Below are positions 17,099 to 21,164 of a stretch of 21,164 nt of DNA, one piece after another. The stretch comes from an uncultured Oligoflexus sp. GTDB taxonomy: Bacteria; Bdellovibrionota_B; Oligoflexia; Oligoflexales; Oligoflexaceae. The stretch spans positions 9,379 through 30,542 of the forward strand of contig CAXSGP010000055.1 in NCBI GenBank assembly GCA_964236955.1, in the 5' to 3' direction. Positions within the stretch are counted from its first letter, which is position 1; each line of letters begins with the position of its first letter. The position numbers and the translations under genes were made by a program. Below the pieces are notes generated by a model, which saw only the letters and a program-made list of their open reading frames with translations, was not told the DNA's origin and made no database searches.

Positions 17099-19227
17099 AA
17101 TATTATCCGCGCTCGTCTCTCATCGGACGATGGGCCCTGGCTCTCGTCCTAACCATGGCCTTAGGACTTGTGAGCTGGCGCCATTTAAAAATAGAGCAGG
17201 ATGTGGTCGCTTCTATCGAAAAGAGTCGACCTGAGGAGACTGCGATATTCCATAAGCTCCAAGGATCCGGTTTTTTTCAGAATCAGGTCTTTATCCATAT
17301 GATCAGCGAAGACCCTGCCTTACATGATCAGGTGATGCAAAAGCTCAGGGCCACGGGGTATGATCTAAGCGCTCCCTTCGAGGCTCACATGTCGAGTCCT
17401 CGCGATCTCTATAAGCTCCTGCCCTTTCTCCCCGAGGCGGTTCGAAATGAGCTTTTAAGCCAGACCCATCAGGATCAAACTCTCACGCTTTTAAAGTCCT
17501 GGATGAATGCGCCTGGAGGCCTTGGCTTGGCTAAGCTCCTCGCCGAAGACCCCTTGCTGCTGTCGATGGCCCTACCGAAGCTGATCCAGGGCGACCCTGC
17601 GATACGGGACCATCCTCCCCTAGTTGCCAAACGTTCTGGCGATATCAATTGGGAGAAAACCCGGGAACTCTACAACTTTGTCAAAGCCCACGATCATGAG
17701 CTCAGTTTCATCAGCGGCGATTTTTTTGCTTTGGAAAATTACGATGCCGTCCGTCACGACATCATGGTTTGCAGTCTACTTTCGATAGTCCTCAGCCTCA
17801 TCGTTTTTCGCTACTTTTGCCCTCAATGGAGCCTCCTGGGTTTCCTCTTGGCGGGAACGGCTATGTCGTCGGTCGTTGGCCTCTTGCTGGCGGAAGTGGT
17901 CGATGGGGCAATCTATGGTCTGGTCCTTGCCTTTACCTCAACCTTTGTTTCTTTTAACAACGAAACACTGGTCCACCTGTCGGGGATCGACCTAAAGGAT
18001 AAGGACAAACGCTCTATAATTGGCGTATTCTCGGCGCTGGGCACCACGGTGATAGGCTTTCTTGTCCTGCTTTTCAGCTCTTCGCATATGACTCGGCAGA
18101 TCGCGCTCCTTTCGCTTGGCTCCCTCATTGGTTTCATCCTCTTTCTCCTTTTGTTCCTGGACCGAATAAAAGAGATCAGATTTCGGCCCTTGGTGCTGCG
18201 CCATTGGATGTGGTCCAAACCTGTGCTGGCTTCCACTTTCGCACTGGTTCTGACCTTAATTTTATGGCTTCCCAAGCCCTCGTACCGGACTAATCTTGAA
18301 GAGTTTCGGTATGCTACGGCCTACCTTGAAGAACAGACGAGCCTTTTTACTAAAAATTTCTCAGCCCTTTCCTTTGAGAGGATGCAGGCGCTGCCTCTGA
18401 GCCCAGCCGCCGATCCAGCCGTGGTCTTTCAAAGGCTGGCGTCAGAGCATCGGCTTGAATCGAAATCGTTTCATCCGTTGACCTGGTTCGTAAACGAAGA
18501 GGAGCAAAGGCTTAGGATCGAGCGCTTGCAGAGCGAGCTTTCCGGTCGCCTCGCGGCGATGCAGGTGGCTTTTCAGAATGAGGGTTTGAACCTTACGATA
18601 GTAAGCGATCCAGGTCGGCTCATGGGGATTATGGGAAGCGTCGCTTTCCTCCGTCTTTGGGAAAAAGTCTGGCCCCTGCCTTGGTATTCCGAAGGGGCTA
18701 AAGGCCCCTATCTTTTGGCCTTCATAAATCCCGAAGCACGAATTGAAGGCGCGATACCGCTGCATCCCAAGGCCTTCTATGAATTTATACTGAGCGATCT
18801 CACCCGTAACCTCGGCACTCTTTTTCTCATTGGCCTTTTTATTATGCTGCTGTACCTCGTTCCCTGGCAAAGAGATTGGGCGAAGGTCACTATGATCTTT
18901 CTGCCCCTCCTAATTGCGACCCTTGGTCTGCAGATCTTTTTTTATGGCACGGGTCGAGATCTCACGATCGTCCACGTCATGGGCTTAGCTCTCGTCATCG
19001 CCGTCTCGCTTGATTACGCTGCCATACTCGTTTCCACGGAGCATGACCCCAGAGATCAAGGCAAGGTCGTGCTCACGGGTGGCCTTACCCTCTCCTCATT
19101 CGGCAGCCTTCTCTTCGCCCAGCATCCCGTCTTAAAGGAGTTGGCGATCGTTGTCGTCATCGGCACTCTGGTGGCCTTTATCATGGCACTGTTCACACGC
19201 TTGCCGGCTTCAGAGGACACAGTATGA
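17095..19227 (+). CDS. MMPL/RND-family exporter (ApeM-like)
   Basis: 710 aa with two repeats of 1 TM + large loop + about 5 TM; DPLLL; LGTTVIGF.VL; AVSLDYA; TLSSFGSLLFAQHPVL. Confidence 0.85.
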   Translation: MKYYPRSSLIGRWALALVLTMALGLVSWRHLKIEQDVVASIEKSRPEETAIFHKLQGSGFFQNQVFIHMISEDPALHDQVMQKLRATGYDLSAPFEAHMSSPRDLYKLLPFLPEAVRNELLSQTHQDQTLTLLKSWMNAPGGLGLAKLLAEDPLLLSMALPKLIQGDPAIRDHPPLVAKRSGDINWEKTRELYNFVKAHDHELSFISGDFFALENYDAVRHDIMVCSLLSIVLSLIVFRYFCPQWSLLGFLLAGTAMSSVVGLLLAEVVDGAIYGLVLAFTSTFVSFNNETLVHLSGIDLKDKDKRSIIGVFSALGTTVIGFLVLLFSSSHMTRQIALLSLGSLIGFILFLLLFLDRIKEIRFRPLVLRHWMWSKPVLASTFALVLTLILWLPKPSYRTNLEEFRYATAYLEEQTSLFTKNFSALSFERMQALPLSPAADPAVVFQRLASEHRLESKSFHPLTWFVNEEEQRLRIERLQSELSGRLAAMQVAFQNEGLNLTIVSDPGRLMGIMGSVAFLRLWEKVWPLPWYSEGAKGPYLLAFINPEARIEGAIPLHPKAFYEFILSDLTRNLGTLFLIGLFIMLLYLVPWQRDWAKVTMIFLPLLIATLGLQIFFYGTGRDLTIVHVMGLALVIAVSLDYAAILVSTEHDPRDQGKVVLTGGLTLSSFGSLLFAQHPVLKELAIVVVIGTLVAFIMALFTRLPASEDTV

Positions 19228-19766
19228 AATCACTTCGGGCGTTTATTTGCTATGGACTTCTGATTCTGGGCCTCAGTTCCTGTAGCCATTTGGATAAGTC
19301 CGCAACTAAGCCAGCGCTTTATCACTTTCCGTCAGAGTTTTTTGTCGAACAAAAACTGACCGTGGAAAGCACGTCCGGAACTCAAGAATTATGGGCCCAA
19401 TTGGAGCGCCGCGACGAAAGGATAAAACTGGTCCTTACCGACGCCCTCACGGCTATCGTCCTGACCCAAATCGAGCTCCATCGTGGCAAAGCCCCAAAAG
19501 TCCTCTATCTGGCACCAATCCTGATCGATAGAAAATTTCCAGGCGAACAGATTTCAGAGGCGATTCAATACCTCTATGAAAGGGACGCCATTGCACGCGT
19601 TGATCAGGGCTATAGCGTGGTCGATCCCCAGCAGCGTTGGCAATATTCCTGGCAGACTCTGCGCGGCATCGAGCCCTGCGCTTTCCCCGAGACAATCAGT
19701 CTAAGCTTTAAGGACGGACAAATTAAAGTTATCATCGCACTCAAAGAACTTGATTGTTCCTTGTAA
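19224..19766 (+). CDS. Lipoprotein, DUF3261-like (ApeN-like)
   Basis: Lipobox LGLSS-C20; Q.LTV...LWAQLE...LVL pattern; follows the MMPL gene as in ape clusters; ATGA overlap. Confidence 0.62.
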   Translation: MKSLRAFICYGLLILGLSSCSHLDKSATKPALYHFPSEFFVEQKLTVESTSGTQELWAQLERRDERIKLVLTDALTAIVLTQIELHRGKAPKVLYLAPILIDRKFPGEQISEAIQYLYERDAIARVDQGYSVVDPQQRWQYSWQTLRGIEPCAFPETISLSFKDGQIKVIIALKELDCSL

Positions 19767-19779
19767 CGGCAGGGTATAG

Positions 19780-21078
19780 ATGAGTTTGATTACCAAATCC
19801 TGGAAAGAATATTGGGCGCATTGCCGAGCCTTTGCAGAGCTCCTGCGGCCTCTCGTGACGGCCCAGACGCAGCAGGTCCTGATCCCACATCTCCCCCTTC
19901 ACCAGGGTTTAATGCTGCTAGGAGCGGGCCTCCATCTTAAACTCGACCTTTTGTTTGATGAAAAGAACAACCTGGACAAAGACGGGGCCCCATCCCTTCT
20001 GCACTGTCCAGCCTCTATCTGGCAGGAGCTGGAGGCCGGGGGGGGGGTCCGCGAGCCGGACGCAAGCTGTGGCTTTCATCTGCTTTCCGACAGGGACATT
20101 CCAGAGGAGATTCTGCAACGCATTGCAGAGAGTAAATTTGTTTTTTATTCCTCGGGATCCACCGGCTCCGCAAAGTCCCTGCCGAAATCCGGCGCAGGCC
20201 TCTTAAGAGAAGTCGATCAGCTGGCACGGCTTTATAGTCTGCCGACACTCGGCACCGTCGTATCCCTGGTCAGGCCTTTTCATATTTACGGATTTCTTCA
20301 TAGTTTTCTGCTCCCTTTAAAATGTCGGACCCATGTGATCTTTTGGTCGTTAGCAACGGCTCCTAGCTTACCCTCTCTCGAAACGGGGCTGCCGGAAATC
20401 AGCGATTTGATGGTTATAGTGCCTGCCCATTGGAGTGTGCTTACTCACTTATGGAAGGTCTCCAGGAGCTGCACGCTGGTGAGCTCAGGCGCTGCATTTG
20501 GCGAAGCCCGCACTCAGGGACTCAGGCAATACAAGAGCCGTTTTGAACGATTTTTCGAGATCCTCGGCAGCACGGAAACTGGCGGCATAGGCTATCGCCG
20601 CCTCGATCTCGAATCGGAAATTTTTACGCTTTTTGAAGGCATTAGACTTGAGCCGCATGCAGAGGGCACTTGGATTCGTTCGCCTTTCCTGCTGCCGGAA
20701 GAGGCGACACTTTCTGCCGATCGATTGGAGATGGTGGATCTTAGGCAATTCATTCATCGCGGCCGCAGCGATAGAGTGTTTAAGTATGGGGGACTCCGCT
20801 ATAACCTTGCCGAAGTGGAGGAAGCGCTGAGCGCCGCCTGTATGGGAGCTGCCGTTGTCTGTTGGTTTGAAGCGAATTCCAATTTAGCTCAGGGAGGCGT
20901 CCTTAGAGCCTGGGTCGAATCGGAAGTCTGGAACGCGAGCCATCTTATCGCCTTGCGCCAAAGCTATCTGGCCAGGGGGCTAAGACCCTTTCCCCAGTCA
21001 TTGAAATTTTTAACTCAGTTCCCTCGCGATGCGCAGGGCAAAGTGTCCCTTGACTCCCTGAAGGCTTCGATTGCTTAG
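19780..21078 (+). CDS. AMP-dependent acyl-CoA/ACP ligase (ApeH-like starter-unit ligase)
   Basis: ANL motifs YSSGSTGSAK (P-loop), HIYG, SSGA, LGSTETGG, SAD, GRSDRVFK, EVE and PRDAQGK (catalytic Lys). Confidence 0.88.
   Translation: MSLITKSWKEYWAHCRAFAELLRPLVTAQTQQVLIPHLPLHQGLMLLGAGLHLKLDLLFDEKNNLDKDGAPSLLHCPASIWQELEAGGGVREPDASCGFHLLSDRDIPEEILQRIAESKFVFYSSGSTGSAKSLPKSGAGLLREVDQLARLYSLPTLGTVVSLVRPFHIYGFLHSFLLPLKCRTHVIFWSLATAPSLPSLETGLPEISDLMVIVPAHWSVLTHLWKVSRSCTLVSSGAAFGEARTQGLRQYKSRFERFFEILGSTETGGIGYRRLDLESEIFTLFEGIRLEPHAEGTWIRSPFLLPEEATLSADRLEMVDLRQFIHRGRSDRVFKYGGLRYNLAEVEEALSAACMGAAVVCWFEANSNLAQGGVLRAWVESEVWNASHLIALRQSYLARGLRPFPQSLKFLTQFPRDAQGKVSLDSLKASIA
20038..20047 (+). repeat. G10 homopolymer tract inside the AMP-ligase gene
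   Basis: GCC GGG GGG GGG GTC (A-G-G-G-V); the longest homopolymer I found in the window. Confidence 0.95.
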
Positions 21079-21164
21079 AATTTTTTGAAAGCCCTCTGAT
21101 TGTGACCACTCTAGGGGCTGTTGACGTTTGAGATAAGTGATTGAAAAGTACAGGCAAACTCGTA

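Larger units (their letters stand above)
11796..21078. other. Aryl polyene/flexirubin-type biosynthetic gene block (starter, tailoring and export genes)
   Basis: Gene set and order GT-acyltransferase, ammonia-lyase, thioesterase, LolA, MMPL, DUF3261-like lipoprotein match ape clusters, with an AMP-ligase and a deacetylase added. At least four stop/start overlaps indicate one operon. Confidence 0.85.

Noticed and set aside
1240..21157. The many short antisense or alternate-frame ORFs in the track (e.g. 3352-3747, 15169-15708, 15918-16370, 18442-18870)
   Set aside because: They are shadows of well-supported genes and have no motifs of their own.
21148..21164. ACAGGCAAAC resembles the 5' start of a c-di-GMP-I (GEMM) riboswitch
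   Set aside because: Only about 7 nt match and the rest would lie outside the window; it cannot be supported and overlaps a possible ORF start.
1..21164. CRISPR array, tRNA/rRNA, transposase, integrase or defence system
   Set aside because: I found no regularly spaced repeats, RNA gene signatures or matching protein motifs by eye.

Overview
A bacterial chromosomal window of roughly balanced GC content. It probably comes from Bdellovibrionota/Oligoflexia; this is inferred from an MCP tail ending DDPRFKDI, an orphan gspG with a G|MTIIE site and a PilZ-GNAT protein. The left half holds signalling and envelope genes: a partial GAF-PAS histidine kinase missed by the ORF track (1-990, minus), an orphan gspG pseudopilin, cheW-MCP, a stand-alone condensation/PapA5-like acyltransferase, two hypothetical proteins, a PilZ-GNAT-like protein, yaeQ and an M28 peptidase. 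The right half (11.8-21.1 kb) is an aryl polyene/flexirubin-type (ape) pigment gene block. It has a divergent membrane-anchored polysaccharide deacetylase, then a translationally coupled operon: GT2-acyltransferase fusion, MIO ammonia-lyase, thioesterase, LolA-like protein, MMPL exporter, DUF3261-like lipoprotein and AMP-ligase. No ketosynthase, ACP, dehydratase or reductase gene lies in the window. The most notable points are the rearranged ape block, an in-frame G10 tract in the AMP-ligase (candidate phase-variation switch), a Tyr-His selectivity pair in the ammonia-lyase, an MMPL apparently lacking its first Asp-Tyr pair, and the PilZ-GNAT fusion. I saw no rRNA, tRNA, CRISPR array or mobile element. 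All family calls come from motifs read by eye, not from database searches.
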